A stretch of 64,000 bases of DNA. Origin: an uncultured Candidatus Entotheonella sp. Lineage in GTDB: Bacteria; Tectomicrobia; Entotheonellia; Entotheonellales; Entotheonellaceae. Of the stretch, positions 9,922 through 20,887 are shown piece by piece. The stretch is from contig OZ244252.1 of assembly GCA_965217185.1 (NCBI GenBank), positions 3,584,001 through 3,648,000 of the forward strand, read 5' to 3'. How positions within the stretch are numbered: the stretch's first letter is position 1; each line of letters begins with the position of its first letter. The notes under the pieces were generated by a model. That model made no database searches and was not told the DNA's origin. It saw nothing but the letters and a program-made list of their open reading frames with translations. The translations under genes and the position numbers were made by a program.

Positions 9922-10210
9922 CACGGGGTAAGAGGTCTTGAGCAAGATGGGCTTAGCAGAACGATGGTACATGCAGGACCGCGCCCGCCTTCGTCGCGCG
10001 TACCGGGAACACCGGCCACGGGAACAGCCGTCGAATATGATGTTGGTTGTGGACGACACCAGCATGCTCAGACTAGGGCGCTGGCTGACGGTGTTCGGCT
10101 TGGCGGTTGAGTCGCTGCTGGTTGGCGCGTCCGCCCTTCTCGCGATCTTCTGGTTCTGGCACGTGCCCCATTAACCCACTTCGGTTACCGATCCCTCTTT
10201 GAGCAACAGA

Positions 10211-10249
10211 AGCCCTGCGCCAAGTACAAATCCCGGCGCAGGGTTTTTT
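10211..10249 (+). terminator. Rho-independent terminator
   Basis: agccctgcgcc / ggcgcagggtt stem followed by a T run. Confidence 0.7.
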
Positions 10250-10290
10250 GCTTAAACCACGAACGAACCAAGGCACTTTCGGACTATGCT

Positions 10291-10325
10291 GTAGGTCGGG
10301 TTAGCCAAGCGTAATCCGACATTCC
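10291..10325 (+). repeat. GTAG-type REP element
   Basis: GTAGGTCGGGTTAGCCAAGCGTAATCCGACATTCC. Confidence 0.85.
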
Positions 10326-10341
10326 CCAGCGCTGTCCCCCG

Positions 10342-11493
10342 TCAACACCCCACCAACGTCTCCGCCATCAGCATATCGACGACGCGCTTCAGCGCGTCGT
10401 GGTCATCGGCGCCCTCGGCAACGGCCTTGTGGAACGTGTCCAACTGCCAGTGGGCGCTGGTGCCGCGCGCCACGATGGTGCGGGCGTGCTCGACTTCATC
10501 CACGCAGCCGAAATGCTCGGCGTCCTCGCGAACGAACTCGATGATCTCGTCGATAAGATCGGGGTACGGCACCACCTCGCCGCGCCCGAAGTCGATCAGC
10601 CCCTCATCCATGCCAAAGCGGTGCGCGCGCCAGCGGTTCTCCTCGATGAGCAGCCGCGGGTAGCGCCGCCAGCGCTGGTTGCTGCGTCGCAGGCGGTACA
10701 GCAGCCGCAGCCAGCAGCGATACAACGCCGCGATGCAAACCGCGTCCTCAACGCGGGTGCACAGGTCCGGGATGCGCATTTCGAGGGTCGGGAAACGTCC
10801 GCTGGGCCGCACGTCCCACCACAACTCGCTGCTGTCGCGGATAATGCCGCAGCGCACCAGCACGCCGACGTGGCGCTGAAATTCGTCGTAGCTCTCGAAC
10901 AGCTCCGGCAGTCCGGTGCGCGGCAATTCGTCCCACACCGCCAGGCGGTACGACTTCAGCCCGGTATCGTGCCCCTGCCAGAACGGCGACGAGGTGCTGA
11001 GGGCGAGAAAGTGGGGCAGCACGTAGCTCACCTGGCCGATGAAATCGTTGCGCATCTCGTCGCCGTCGAGGCCCACGTGCACGTGCATGCCGCTGATCAG
11101 CAGGCGTCGCCCTACCTCCTGCATTTGCGCGGTGAGGCTGTCGTAGCGTTCCTTGCGGGTGCGCTGAATCTCCAGTGGCTGCGCGAATGGGTGGGTGGAG
11201 GCGGCGATGATCTCGAAGCCGTACTCGCGCACCACGTCCGAGACGCCGCGGCGCAGCCGTATGAGCTCGTCCCGCCCCTCCTGCACCGTGTTGCAGACGC
11301 GCGTGCCGATCTCGATCTGGCATTGCATGAGCTCGGTGGTGACCTGCCCGCCGAGCCGCTCGCCGCACTTCTGCATCATGTCCGGCGGCGCTTCGTGAAT
11401 GAGACCACGCGTCTCGCGGTCGACGACGAGATACTCCTCCTCAATGCCCATGGTGAACGGGAGGTCCGGGTAGGGTGCGGACTTGCTGCTCAT
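10342..11493 (-). CDS. ybdK: Carboxylate-amine ligase (GCS2/YbdK family)
   Basis: TMGIEEEY, GMHVHVG, ALSTSSPFWQG, WWDVRPS, TLEMRIPD, ENRWRAHRFG. Confidence 0.88.
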   Translation of the reverse strand: MSSKSAPYPDLPFTMGIEEEYLVVDRETRGLIHEAPPDMMQKCGERLGGQVTTELMQCQIEIGTRVCNTVQEGRDELIRLRRGVSDVVREYGFEIIAASTHPFAQPLEIQRTRKERYDSLTAQMQEVGRRLLISGMHVHVGLDGDEMRNDFIGQVSYVLPHFLALSTSSPFWQGHDTGLKSYRLAVWDELPRTGLPELFESYDEFQRHVGVLVRCGIIRDSSELWWDVRPSGRFPTLEMRIPDLCTRVEDAVCIAALYRCWLRLLYRLRRSNQRWRRYPRLLIEENRWRAHRFGMDEGLIDFGRGEVVPYPDLIDEIIEFVREDAEHFGCVDEVEHARTIVARGTSAHWQLDTFHKAVAEGADDHDALKRVVDMLMAETLVGC

Positions 11494-11509
11494 CCGATGC
11501 CTCCCTGGA

Positions 11510-12712
11510 TCACGCTGCCGGGACGCCGCTAGGCGCCGCGCTAACGATGTCTTGGGCGATCAGGGCGTCGATCTGCGCCGCGTCGTAGCCGTGCTCGCGG
11601 AGGACGGCCGCCGTGTGCTCGCCGAGGTGCGGGGCGTGCAGCGGGTTGTCGGGGTCGTAAGGGCCAACGCCGGCCGTATTGGCCAGGGGCATGGCACCGA
11701 CGTCGGGATGCTCGAACCACGTCAGCGCGCCGCTGTCGGCGGGATGCGGATGGGCCATGAAATCGCTGTACGTGTTGATGCGCTCGTGCAGCAGTCCCCC
11801 GGCCGCCAAGCGCTCGCACCAAGTGTCGGACGACTGCCGGGCGATGGCCTCGCGGACGGCCGGCTCCAGCGTGCCGCGCCGTTCCTCGCGCTGCACCACC
11901 GTCTTGTAGTCCGGGTGATCGCGGAACTCGGCCAGTCCGAGGATGTCGCACAGCACGGGGAAATTGTGGTCGTGCAGGCAGATGACGTTGATAAAGCCGT
12001 CGGTGGTGGCAAAAATGCCGGTCGGGTAGATGCCCAGCGGGCGCTCCGAGCCGAGCAGGTGCTCGCTGGCCAGGCTCATGTTGTAAAACGACGCCGCACC
12101 GCGCAGCAGGCTGTTGTCGATGTGGCACCCCTCACCCGCGCTCTGCCGTGCCCACAGCGCGGCCTGCATAGCTTGCAGGTTGTACAGCGACGTGGCCAGA
12201 TCGATGATCGGCACCCCGGCGCGGTGCGGGATGTTGTCGGGGCCGCGGTTGACCGACATGAAGCCCGAAAACGCCTGCAGCACGCCGTCGGTGGCGGGGC
12301 GCTCGCGCAGCGGCCCTTCTTGCCCAAAGCCGGACACCGACAGGTAGATGACGCGCGGGTTGAGGTCGGCAACGACCTTGTAGCCGAGCCCGAGGCGCTC
12401 GATGACGCCGGGCCGGAAGCCCTCCATGAAGATGTCCACCTCGGCAGCCAACTGGCGTACGATCGCCACGCCTTGGGTGGTTTTCAGGTCCACGACGATG
12501 CTGCGCTTGCCGAGGTTGGCGATGACGAACGAGGGCGTCATGTCGCCGAATGGCCCGTCCTTGCCCTTGGGGCGCATCCAGTCGCCGCGCCGCGGTTCGA
12601 CCTTGATCACGTCGGCCCCCTGCTGAGACAGCAGCGCCGAGGCGTAGGGGCCGGCAATGCCCTGGCTCAGGTCGAGCACCTTGACGCCGACGTATGGCTT
12701 GGCATAGCTCAC
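11510..12712 (-). CDS. CoA transferase family III (CaiB/BaiF)
   Basis: VKVLDLSQGIAGPYA, NLGKRSI, APHLGEHT; GTG start with AGGAGG. Confidence 0.9.
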   Translation of the reverse strand: MSYAKPYVGVKVLDLSQGIAGPYASALLSQQGADVIKVEPRRGDWMRPKGKDGPFGDMTPSFVIANLGKRSIVVDLKTTQGVAIVRQLAAEVDIFMEGFRPGVIERLGLGYKVVADLNPRVIYLSVSGFGQEGPLRERPATDGVLQAFSGFMSVNRGPDNIPHRAGVPIIDLATSLYNLQAMQAALWARQSAGEGCHIDNSLLRGAASFYNMSLASEHLLGSERPLGIYPTGIFATTDGFINVICLHDHNFPVLCDILGLAEFRDHPDYKTVVQREERRGTLEPAVREAIARQSSDTWCERLAAGGLLHERINTYSDFMAHPHPADSGALTWFEHPDVGAMPLANTAGVGPYDPDNPLHAPHLGEHTAAVLREHGYDAAQIDALIAQDIVSAAPSGVPAA

Positions 12713-12722
12713 GGGTTCCTCC

Positions 12723-13682
12723 TTACGACGCCACCTGCGGCAGGATGTCGGCGGCGCAGCGCTCGAGCTGGCCGACCTGATCCGGGCAGGCGAAGCGGAT
12801 AACGATGGTTTGCGCGCCGGCCGCGGCGAAGTCTCGTAGCCAGGCGATGCAGGTGTCGGGCGTGCCGTAGCAGAAGCTCTGCACGCGGGCCATGACGTCA
12901 TAGGGGGCGTTGTAATACCCTTCGGCGAACGCCCTCGTTTCCCGCTCGGCCTGGGCCGCGTCGTCGTTGATGTTCAGGGTGGTATACACGCAGCGGTGCA
13001 GTTCCTGGGGGTCGCGTCCGGCCTCGCGGGCGAAGCCGTCCAGTTGTTGCGACTGCTCGACGAATATCTGCGGCGACACGGGATTGGGGTACCAGCCGTC
13101 GCCGAGGCGCGCCACGCGACGCAGTGAGTTATCGACCGAGCCGGCGATCCACATCGGGATGCCGGAGGCGTTGTACGGGCGCAGGCCGAGGCTGACGTCC
13201 TGCAGTTGGAAATGGCGCCCGCTGAAGGTGACGCTGGGCTCGCGCCACAGGCGGCGCATGAGGGTTACGGTTTCCTCGAAAATACCCAGTCGGTGGTCGA
13301 TGGAGACGCCGCACGCCTCGAATTCGGCGCGCACCGCCGGCATTTTGGAGGCGATGCCGAGGCCGAGAATCAGGCGGCCCTCGCTGAGCAGATCGAGGTT
13401 GGCGGCCTCGTTGGCCATGACGACCGGATGGCGCAGCGCCGGCAGCAGTACCGCGGTGCCCACCTTAACGTGCCGGGCGCGGGCGGCAACGGCCGCCAGG
13501 GTGGTGAAGGCTTCCAGGCGCGGCCGCGCGAGGATGCTGTCGCCCGCCCAAACCGAGTCGAAGTTCAGCGCTTCGGCGCGTTCGGCCAGGTCGATAATCC
13601 GGCCCACGTCGGGGGTTGGCTGGTTCATGACGAGCTCGCGGGTCGGCAGCAGAAAGCCGTAGGAAACCGCAGAATCGGGCAT
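12723..13682 (-). CDS. LLM-class flavin-dependent oxidoreductase
   Basis: FDSVWAGDS, VGTAVLL, LDLLSEGRLILGLG, PMWIAG, RLGDGW. Confidence 0.9.
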   Translation of the reverse strand: MPDSAVSYGFLLPTRELVMNQPTPDVGRIIDLAERAEALNFDSVWAGDSILARPRLEAFTTLAAVAARARHVKVGTAVLLPALRHPVVMANEAANLDLLSEGRLILGLGIASKMPAVRAEFEACGVSIDHRLGIFEETVTLMRRLWREPSVTFSGRHFQLQDVSLGLRPYNASGIPMWIAGSVDNSLRRVARLGDGWYPNPVSPQIFVEQSQQLDGFAREAGRDPQELHRCVYTTLNINDDAAQAERETRAFAEGYYNAPYDVMARVQSFCYGTPDTCIAWLRDFAAAGAQTIVIRFACPDQVGQLERCAADILPQVAS

Positions 13683-13897
13683 TCTGAAAAACTCCTTTTG
13701 GACTATTTGTGCGGAGAGGGTGGTGCCGTAGGACGGGGGCGCATCGTAGCAGATTGTCCGCAGCGCCTCCACCGCGTGCTGCCGGGAAAGCCGCAGTGAG
13801 ACACGACCCGCTGGCGGCGCCCGGCTATCGACAGGACCGGGCCCTGTGATACCATTCCCGCCGACGCCATCGCACAACCTCTCACCCAGGAATTTTT

Positions 13898-14881
13898 ATG
13901 AATACCAATCGTTCCGCCGCATGGGCCTTGGCCGGCGTTGCCGTGGGATTCGGCCTGCCGATCGTGGCGCTTATCGGCCTCATTGTCGCGGTGGGATTCG
14001 GCGCCGCGCAGCTTACCGGCGATGCCATGCCGTCCGCATCCCGCTACACGCAGATTTCCGGGCCGGAAAGCGGGCCGGTGGTAGCGGTGCTCGACGTTGC
14101 CGGACCCATCGTCAGCGGCAGCACGTCGTCGTTTGAAACCCGCGCCGTGGCGGCCTCGGGCGACCTCGTGCCGCTGATCCGCCGCGCCGCCCGCAACCCG
14201 GACGTCGCCGTGTTGGTGCTGCGCCTCAACAGCCCCGGCGGCTCGGTGGTCGGCTCGGACGAAATCTACCACGCCCTGCGCGAAACGCAGAAGCCCGTGG
14301 TGGCGTTCCTGCAGGAGGTGGCCGCTTCCGGGGCGTACTACATCAGCATGGCCGCCGAGCATATCGTCGCCAACCCGAACTCGCTCACCGGCTCGATCGG
14401 CGTCATCGGCCAGTTTCCCAACGCCGAGGCGCTGATGGAGAAGATCGGCGTGCAGGTCACCACCATCAAATCCGGCAAGTCCAAGGACCTCGGCAACCCG
14501 TTCCGGGCCATGAGTGACGAGGAACAGGGCATCTTTCAGGACATCGTGGACGAGACCTACGCGCGCTTCGTGGATATTGTGGTGCGCGGCCGCAACCTGC
14601 CGGAGGACGAGGTGCGCGAGTTGGCCGACGGCCGCATCTATACCGGCCAGAAGGCCCTGGAACTGGGCCTGGTGGACGCCCTCGGCTACCAGCAGGACGC
14701 CATTGACGCCGCCGCCCGGCTGGGAAACATTGACGGCGAGCCGCGCGTGTTGCATTACCGCCGGCGAGGCGGCTTTCTCGACCTGATCGGCGCCAGCGGC
14801 TGGATCGCCGGCGCGGCGTCGCCGCAGCGCTGGCTCAGGCACCTGATGGCGCCGTCCCTGGAATATCGCTGGGAGCCGTGA
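13898..14881 (+). CDS. sppA: Signal peptide peptidase SppA (S49)
   Basis: LRLNSPGGSV, AASGAYY, TGSIGVI, DGRIYTGQKALELGLVD. Confidence 0.93.
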   Translation: MNTNRSAAWALAGVAVGFGLPIVALIGLIVAVGFGAAQLTGDAMPSASRYTQISGPESGPVVAVLDVAGPIVSGSTSSFETRAVAASGDLVPLIRRAARNPDVAVLVLRLNSPGGSVVGSDEIYHALRETQKPVVAFLQEVAASGAYYISMAAEHIVANPNSLTGSIGVIGQFPNAEALMEKIGVQVTTIKSGKSKDLGNPFRAMSDEEQGIFQDIVDETYARFVDIVVRGRNLPEDEVRELADGRIYTGQKALELGLVDALGYQQDAIDAAARLGNIDGEPRVLHYRRRGGFLDLIGASGWIAGAASPQRWLRHLMAPSLEYRWEP

Positions 14882-14923
14882 TCAATTTGACACATCTCAT
14901 CCGAACCCCATTAGGAGGCAGCC

Positions 14924-16297
14924 ATGACGGCCAGCAGCAAGCACGACATGACGATTGAGCAGGAATACGCGGCGCGGTTTCCGCAGTCGCAGCAGTTGCA
15001 CCGCGAGGCGGCGGCGCACCTGCCCGGCGGCGTCACGCACATGGCGCGGTCGTTCGAGCCGTTTCCGATCTATGTTGACCGCTGCGTCGGGCCGTACAAG
15101 TGGGACGTGGACGGCAACCGCTACATTGACTACTGGACCGGCCACGGCGCCATGCTGCTGGGGCACGCCCACCCGGCGGTCGTCGAGGCGATCCAGGAGC
15201 AGGCGGCCAAGGGCACGCACGCCGGCGGCAGCACGCGGCGCGAGATCGAGTGGGCGCAACTGATCATGGACATGGTGCCGTGCGCCGAGTCGGTGAAATT
15301 CACCAGCTCCGGCACCGAGGCGACCCTGCTGGCCCTGCGCGCGGCGCGGGCGGCAACCGGCAAGAGCAAGATCATCAAATTCGAGGGCCATTTTCACGGC
15401 TGGCACGACTATGTGGCGTGCGGCGTCGTGGAGCCGTTTGACGTGCCGCTGTCGGCCGGCATCCCGGAGGCGGTGCAGGACACGGTCATCCTGGTGCCGT
15501 TCAACGACTCTGACGCCCTGAACGCGGCGCTGGACGCCTCGGACGACATCGCCGCGGTGATCGCCGAGCCGGGCGGCTCCTACGACGACACGGTGCCGTC
15601 CAACCCGGCCTTTCTCGCCCATCTACGGGCCGAAACGGCGCGCCGCGGCGTGGTGCTGATTTTCGATGAGGTGGTGACGGGCTTTCGTTACTCGGTCGGC
15701 GGCGCGCAGGAGTATTTCGGCATCACGCCGGACATGACGACGCTGGCCAAGGTGATGGCCGGCGGGCTGAACGGCGGCGCGGTGGTGGGACGCCGGAACA
15801 TCATGGCGGTGTTCGAGCCCACGGCGGACGCGCATTGGAACCGTTACCAGATGGTACCGCATCCGGGGACTTTCAACGCCAATCCGCTTTCCGCCGCGGC
15901 CGGCGTTGCGGCCCTCCAGATCATCGCCAGCGGCGAACCCACCAATCACGCCCAGGAAATGATGGACCTGATGAAGCGCGGCTTCAACGAGGTGCTCGCC
16001 CGCCGCGGCGTGCCGGGCTGCGCCTACGGACGTGCCTCGATCTTCAAGACGTACATCGGCGCCGCGGCGCCGCGCCTCACCCGCCTCGATTTCAGCAACC
16101 TCAAGGACGACACCGCTACCCTGCTGCGCGGCACGCCCCTCACCCCGCTGCTGCGCAAGGGCATGCTGCTCAACGGCGTTGACATGATGCGCGCCGCCGG
16201 CTTTCTCTCCGCCGCCCATACCCCCGACATCGTCGAGGAAACGGTGCAGGCGTTCGACCGCACCCTGACCCGCATGCAGGCGGAGGGCGCGGTGTAG
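14924..16297 (+). CDS. Class III aminotransferase (GSA-aminomutase-like)
   Basis: WDVDGNRYID, SSGTEA, FEGHFHG, LIFDEVVTGFR, PLP lysine in TTLAKV. Confidence 0.88.
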   Translation: MTASSKHDMTIEQEYAARFPQSQQLHREAAAHLPGGVTHMARSFEPFPIYVDRCVGPYKWDVDGNRYIDYWTGHGAMLLGHAHPAVVEAIQEQAAKGTHAGGSTRREIEWAQLIMDMVPCAESVKFTSSGTEATLLALRAARAATGKSKIIKFEGHFHGWHDYVACGVVEPFDVPLSAGIPEAVQDTVILVPFNDSDALNAALDASDDIAAVIAEPGGSYDDTVPSNPAFLAHLRAETARRGVVLIFDEVVTGFRYSVGGAQEYFGITPDMTTLAKVMAGGLNGGAVVGRRNIMAVFEPTADAHWNRYQMVPHPGTFNANPLSAAAGVAALQIIASGEPTNHAQEMMDLMKRGFNEVLARRGVPGCAYGRASIFKTYIGAAAPRLTRLDFSNLKDDTATLLRGTPLTPLLRKGMLLNGVDMMRAAGFLSAAHTPDIVEETVQAFDRTLTRMQAEGAV

Positions 16298-16328
16298 GCT
16301 GGATTGGCGCGGCGCAACCTGGCACTCC
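16294..16328 (+). repeat. Degenerate GTAG-type REP at the left edge of the defence region
   Basis: GTAGGCTGGATTGGCGCGGCGCAACCTGGCACTCC aligns without gaps to the other copies; its TAG is the aminotransferase stop. Confidence 0.65.
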
Positions 16329-16433
16329 CTCTGGGTGCGTCCGGTTCGCCCATGTGAACTCCAGCGTTTCGGCCTCTTCAGTCACCGCCCGTATCGAAAT
16401 CCTGTTCGGAGTCAGGAACAGTTCTCACTGGCG

Positions 16434-19427
16434 TCAATTATTCGCACCAATGGTCGCGAGCAATCCGTCGACGGTAGTCGCCACCTTGTATCTGGCCGGG
16501 GACTCGCCCACTTTGAGGGCGTTGAAGTGCGCCTTTCCGCACTCGATCTTGGCGCTCTCGGTGTTCCGAAGATCGTCGAGAAATAGGCTCCCTTTCGTTT
16601 CAACCACCAAGTAGAGCCGCTCCCCCTCTTCGGTATCGACCAAGACGGCCCAGTCCGGGTTGTAACTGCCGAGCGGCGTCGGCACCGTGAACCATCCGGG
16701 GAGTTTCGCGTAGACTTTAACGGCCGTGTTGTTCTCAAGCTGTTCCGCAAAACGAGACTCGGTGCCGTACTCATAAACGACTTGCTCATAGACCGACTTG
16801 TTCGCGTCGAGCATGTTTCTCAGGTAGCCCGTCAGTTCTTCCGTCTCGAACAATTCCTGCGCAAAATAATGGTCGTCCCCCAAGCGCTGATACTTGATGC
16901 CTTCGACTAACGCATGTCGCTTGCAGTTGTTGATGGCCTGACCGGCAAGCTCGATGAACTGCTGTGGATTGCGCTTGAAGTCGCCGAGGCGTCCACTCGC
17001 ACTGAGAATTCGTTGGATGCTGCGTCGCGTGAGTTGCGTTCGGTCCTGAAGCTCCGTGAGAATGTCGGGCAGCTCGATGTCGGCCTCGTTCAATACGACG
17101 GTTGCCGCGCCGACCCTCTCGGTGGCTTCCACGCCGGATTGGCCGATGGCAATATCCGCCTTGCGCCACTGAAGCCGCGTCTTCGGGATCTCAGGCGCTT
17201 GTTGCAGTGCTCGGGTGCATTTTTCGAGCAGGGCTTCGTTGTCGAACTTCACGCGGTAGGTGGTCTTGTGCTTGATCCGGTCCCATAGCGCTTTGAATTC
17301 CGGGCTGTTGAGCACGGCTTGGCGCGGCCGAACCGACCGCCGCTCATCGGCGTCCTTGATCTCCAGTCGCCCAGCGAGCCTGCGCAGCACCTTGGCAATC
17401 TCCTCGTGTTGCTGCGTAAAGTCGCCAGGAACGGCGAGCGTCTCGTCCTTGAGCGCTTTCCGTAGCGAATCCTGTATCCGCCCCTTGTCGTCGATATAGC
17501 CTTCCGCCTGCAAGTGATGCCACAGGACTTTGGACGCATCGAATCCGAGAGCCGTCACCTTTCCGTCGTCGCTGACAACCGGAATCGCCGCAAACTGATG
17601 CTGCTCCACCACGCCGAAGCGAATCCCGGTGTCTTGCTCGATCTCCTTCTGCAAGTTCTCGGCGAATGCCTCGTAGCTCTCCATCGCGACGACGGTGAGC
17701 GTGTTGACGTCGAACCCGCGCAGGCGCAGGCCCTCCTGGTTGACGCAAAGGCGCAGCCCGCGCCCGATGGTCTGCCGCCGCTCTCGTTCGTTCTGGATCT
17801 CACGGAGTACACAGATTTGGAACACGTTGGGATTGTCCCACCCCTCGCGCAGCGCCGAATGGGAGAAAATGAACTTGAGCGGCGTGTCGAGGCTCAGGAG
17901 CTTTTCCTTCTCGCGCATGATGAGGCTGTAGGCGCGCTCGGCGTTGTCCCGATTGGTCTGGTTATTCTCGGCGGTGTCCGTCCAGCGCTCCTTCCCACCC
18001 TTCCTGTCAATAGAGAAGTAGCCGTCGTGAACTTCCTCGGCCGGCGCGGCGAGGTCAACTTCCCGGAACAGGGTGCGGTAGTCCGGATGGTTGGCAAAAT
18101 GCCGGTACTCCTCCTCGAACATCAAGGCGTACTCGCCCTTGACCGGGTGGCCGTCTTGGTCGTACTGGCGGTACCGACTCACGACGTCGATGAAGAAGAG
18201 AGTCAGCACCTTGATCCCCTGCGGGCGCAGGCGCTTCTCCTTGTCGAGGTGCTCCCGGATGGTGCGGCGAATCATCTCGCGCTTAACGGCGTGCCTGTCC
18301 ACGTCCCCGTAGGACTCCCCCCGTCGCAGGTAGTGTTCGCCGCCGGGCACGCGGAGTTCGACGAACTCGTTCCCCTTCTCGACGCGAATCTCGCCGATGC
18401 GGCAATCCCGGTACACGGCGCGGCCCGTGGTTTGTTCGAGGTCGTCGCCGTCCATGACGGTCTTCTCCCGGCGTCTGACCTTGCCGCCCGACTCCACGTC
18501 AAGCTCGACCCTCGCACTGATGGTCCCGCGTCTGTTGTCCGTGGACAGCAGCCGCACATACGGCTTGTTGTGAGCGTCCTCGACCGTGGCCGACGCCACC
18601 TCGATCTGCTTGACCAGCTTGCGCTCGTAGGCGTCAACGGCATCAAGCCGGTAGACCATGTGGTGCTTTTCGACGTGCGTCGCCGAATAGCGCAGGGTGC
18701 AGAGGGGGTTCATCAACCCCAGCGCTTCTCTTCCCCGCCCCTGCAGCCCGCCGTCGACGCTCTGCGGCTCGTCGACGATGAGCACGGGCCGGGTGGCGTG
18801 AATCAGATCGATGGGCCTCTCGCCGCCCGTCTTCTCGCTGTCCTTGTAGAGGTTGTTGACGTCCCTCTTGTTGATGGCACCGACGGTCACCACCATGATC
18901 TGGACCTGCGGGCTGGTGGCGAAATTCCGCACCTGACCGAGCTTGTTGGAATCGTAGAGAAAATAGTCGAAGGGCGTTCCCGAGTAGAGCGCCCGGAAAT
19001 GGTCCTCGGTGATCTGGAGCGACTTGTAGACGCCTTCCTTGATGGCGACGGAGGGCACGACGATGACGAACTTGGTGAACCCGTACCGTTTGTTCAGCTC
19101 GAAGATCGTGCGCAGGTAGACATACGTCTTGCCCGTGCCCGTTTCCATCTCCACCGTGAAGTCGCCGGAGGCCAGCGAGACGGACGGCGGCACGCCGTTG
19201 CGGAGTTGGATGTCCTTCAGGTTCTTGAGAATCTCCTCGTCGAGCAGGGTCAGGCGATTGCCGACACCGAGATCGTTCTCGGCGAAGGCGAGCTGGGCCT
19301 GGGCTCCTGATGAGGCCGGTGTGACTGTGAACTCGGTCCGACAGACTTCCTGGCCGCGAAAAAGATCACAAACGGCCTCAATCGCCTGAAGCTGGAAGTC
19401 GAGATCAGGTTCGAAATGGAGTTTCAC
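16434..19427 (-). CDS. res: Type III restriction endonuclease Res subunit
   Basis: VEMETGTGKTY, IVDEPQ, LRYSAT, LREGWDNPNVFQIC, QTIGRGLRL, C-terminal YNPDW..VVETKG. Confidence 0.93.
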   Translation of the reverse strand: MKLHFEPDLDFQLQAIEAVCDLFRGQEVCRTEFTVTPASSGAQAQLAFAENDLGVGNRLTLLDEEILKNLKDIQLRNGVPPSVSLASGDFTVEMETGTGKTYVYLRTIFELNKRYGFTKFVIVVPSVAIKEGVYKSLQITEDHFRALYSGTPFDYFLYDSNKLGQVRNFATSPQVQIMVVTVGAINKRDVNNLYKDSEKTGGERPIDLIHATRPVLIVDEPQSVDGGLQGRGREALGLMNPLCTLRYSATHVEKHHMVYRLDAVDAYERKLVKQIEVASATVEDAHNKPYVRLLSTDNRRGTISARVELDVESGGKVRRREKTVMDGDDLEQTTGRAVYRDCRIGEIRVEKGNEFVELRVPGGEHYLRRGESYGDVDRHAVKREMIRRTIREHLDKEKRLRPQGIKVLTLFFIDVVSRYRQYDQDGHPVKGEYALMFEEEYRHFANHPDYRTLFREVDLAAPAEEVHDGYFSIDRKGGKERWTDTAENNQTNRDNAERAYSLIMREKEKLLSLDTPLKFIFSHSALREGWDNPNVFQICVLREIQNERERRQTIGRGLRLCVNQEGLRLRGFDVNTLTVVAMESYEAFAENLQKEIEQDTGIRFGVVEQHQFAAIPVVSDDGKVTALGFDASKVLWHHLQAEGYIDDKGRIQDSLRKALKDETLAVPGDFTQQHEEIAKVLRRLAGRLEIKDADERRSVRPRQAVLNSPEFKALWDRIKHKTTYRVKFDNEALLEKCTRALQQAPEIPKTRLQWRKADIAIGQSGVEATERVGAATVVLNEADIELPDILTELQDRTQLTRRSIQRILSASGRLGDFKRNPQQFIELAGQAINNCKRHALVEGIKYQRLGDDHYFAQELFETEELTGYLRNMLDANKSVYEQVVYEYGTESRFAEQLENNTAVKVYAKLPGWFTVPTPLGSYNPDWAVLVDTEEGERLYLVVETKGSLFLDDLRNTESAKIECGKAHFNALKVGESPARYKVATTVDGLLATIGANN

Positions 19428-19443
19428 GTTCTTCCCGCTCCCT

Positions 19444-20881
19444 CTACGCTCTTTCCCCAGCACTCCCGGCGGCCGATAACCCTTCGACAGCAGCCCGTCC
19501 CCTGTCCTTCAGGCGGTATCTCTGGAGTCGGCTGCGGGGTTTTTCAGGAATCGTGTATCCGATACTTCCGTCAGCAACGAGTAGCCGGATCACTCGGTTG
19601 AGCTGACCGGAGATCTGCTTCTGCCCCAGGCTTTTGGAAAGGTCCGCCTTAGACATTGGCCCATCCGCCAATTGCCGGAGCACTCTCGCCGCCAGCGACT
19701 CTGGCTCCGACTCTGGCTGCCGCCGTCCGTCACGGGCAGTCTCATGGGACACGCCTCGGGACCGAGGTCCATCACCGGCCCTGGTAAACACGAACTCCAG
19801 CCGCAGCCCGCCCGGCTCTACCTCCCATCGCGGTTCGACCGTTCCCGCAGTTCGGCAGGCCCTGACGATATCGCCGATGCCGCGTCCCCATGCCTCGACC
19901 ATGCCGGCGCGGAAGAACGTATTGGCGATCCCCGGATTGCGCGGCGCCGAAGCGTGCGTTCCCATGAGCTTGTCGAGCGTCCAGTCGGGAGGCAGCGCCC
20001 CCGGATTCCACAACGCAATACGGTCGTCGTACACCCGGATCTGAATCGGCGCCGGGTTGCCGTAATCCCGGTGCGCGACCGCGTTGAGCACTGCTTCACG
20101 TACCGCCTCACCGGGCGCCGGTGGGGTTTCACGCCGGTAAATGCCGTCGTAGGAAATTTCAGCCCTCGAGTACTTCGTGCGCAGCAGGTCTACCGTGCGG
20201 TCCACTTGGACGAACAGGTTGCCTTCGATGACGTCCTGGTACGCGAGATCGGTCTCCGTTCTGAAGTAGCCGATCTTCACGAAGGCGCCGGCGAAGAAGC
20301 GCGCCGGGTCGGGATGAAACAGCAGGACTGCCGCGCGACGCAGATACTCGCCCTCGCGCAGATGCAGCATCTCGATCAGATCGCCATCGGACTCACTCAG
20401 CGCCTCAGGCGGCAGTCGGTCGCTGGCAATGCCACGCCGACGAAACTCGGCCAGCGTTCTACCGTCCAGCTCCCTCAGCCCAACATCCGGCATCGGCGCA
20501 TCGTCCCAGTTGCGGCCATGCTTACGCAGCAGGAACCGGTTCAGCGCGGCACCCCTCAAGACTTGCTTGGTACTGCCGCTGCGATAGTGGTATTCGCCTT
20601 TGTAGCTGATCGGATTGGTAGGGATCGACCGTGATCTCCAGGTACTCCCCGCTCTCCTCCGACTTGAGGTTCACGTCCACGACGATGCCCAGCAGGGATT
20701 GCGTCTTGTTGGGTATCTCCTCCAACAGCCGAAGCGGGTTCTTCACGCCGACAATCTCGCCGCGGTCGTTCTTGCCGATCACCAATACGCCGCCCTGGGC
20801 GTTAGCGAATCCGCAGATCCATTTCAGATACTCGTCCCGCCAGGACGATTTCCACTCGAGGTTCTGGGCTTCGCCCATCAT
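19444..20881 (-). pseudogene. AlbA_2 (Schlafen-like) + HATPase_c_4 + C-terminal HTH protein, frameshifted
   Basis: EAQNLEWKSSW..FANAQGG in one frame; NPISYKGEYHYRSGSTKQ..REAVLNAVAHRDY..EAWGRG in another; shift near 20617. Confidence 0.8.
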
Positions 20882-20887
20882 CTTCTC

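Noticed and set aside
9938..10174. Small ORF with a C-terminal hydrophobic segment
   Set aside because: Could be real, but there is no clear RBS or family signature
16330..16433. EAETLEF peptide resembling an AlbA start, or an att/tRNA remnant
   Set aside because: Too short to support; no cloverleaf
17514..19310. Long + strand ORFs opposite res, and similar ones opposite trkH, fusA, dnaJ and comM
   Set aside because: Antisense shadows typical of high-GC coding DNA; no motifs
19698..19720. Short tandem repeat encoding PESEPES
   Set aside because: Two in-frame units in a linker; not a phase-variation tract
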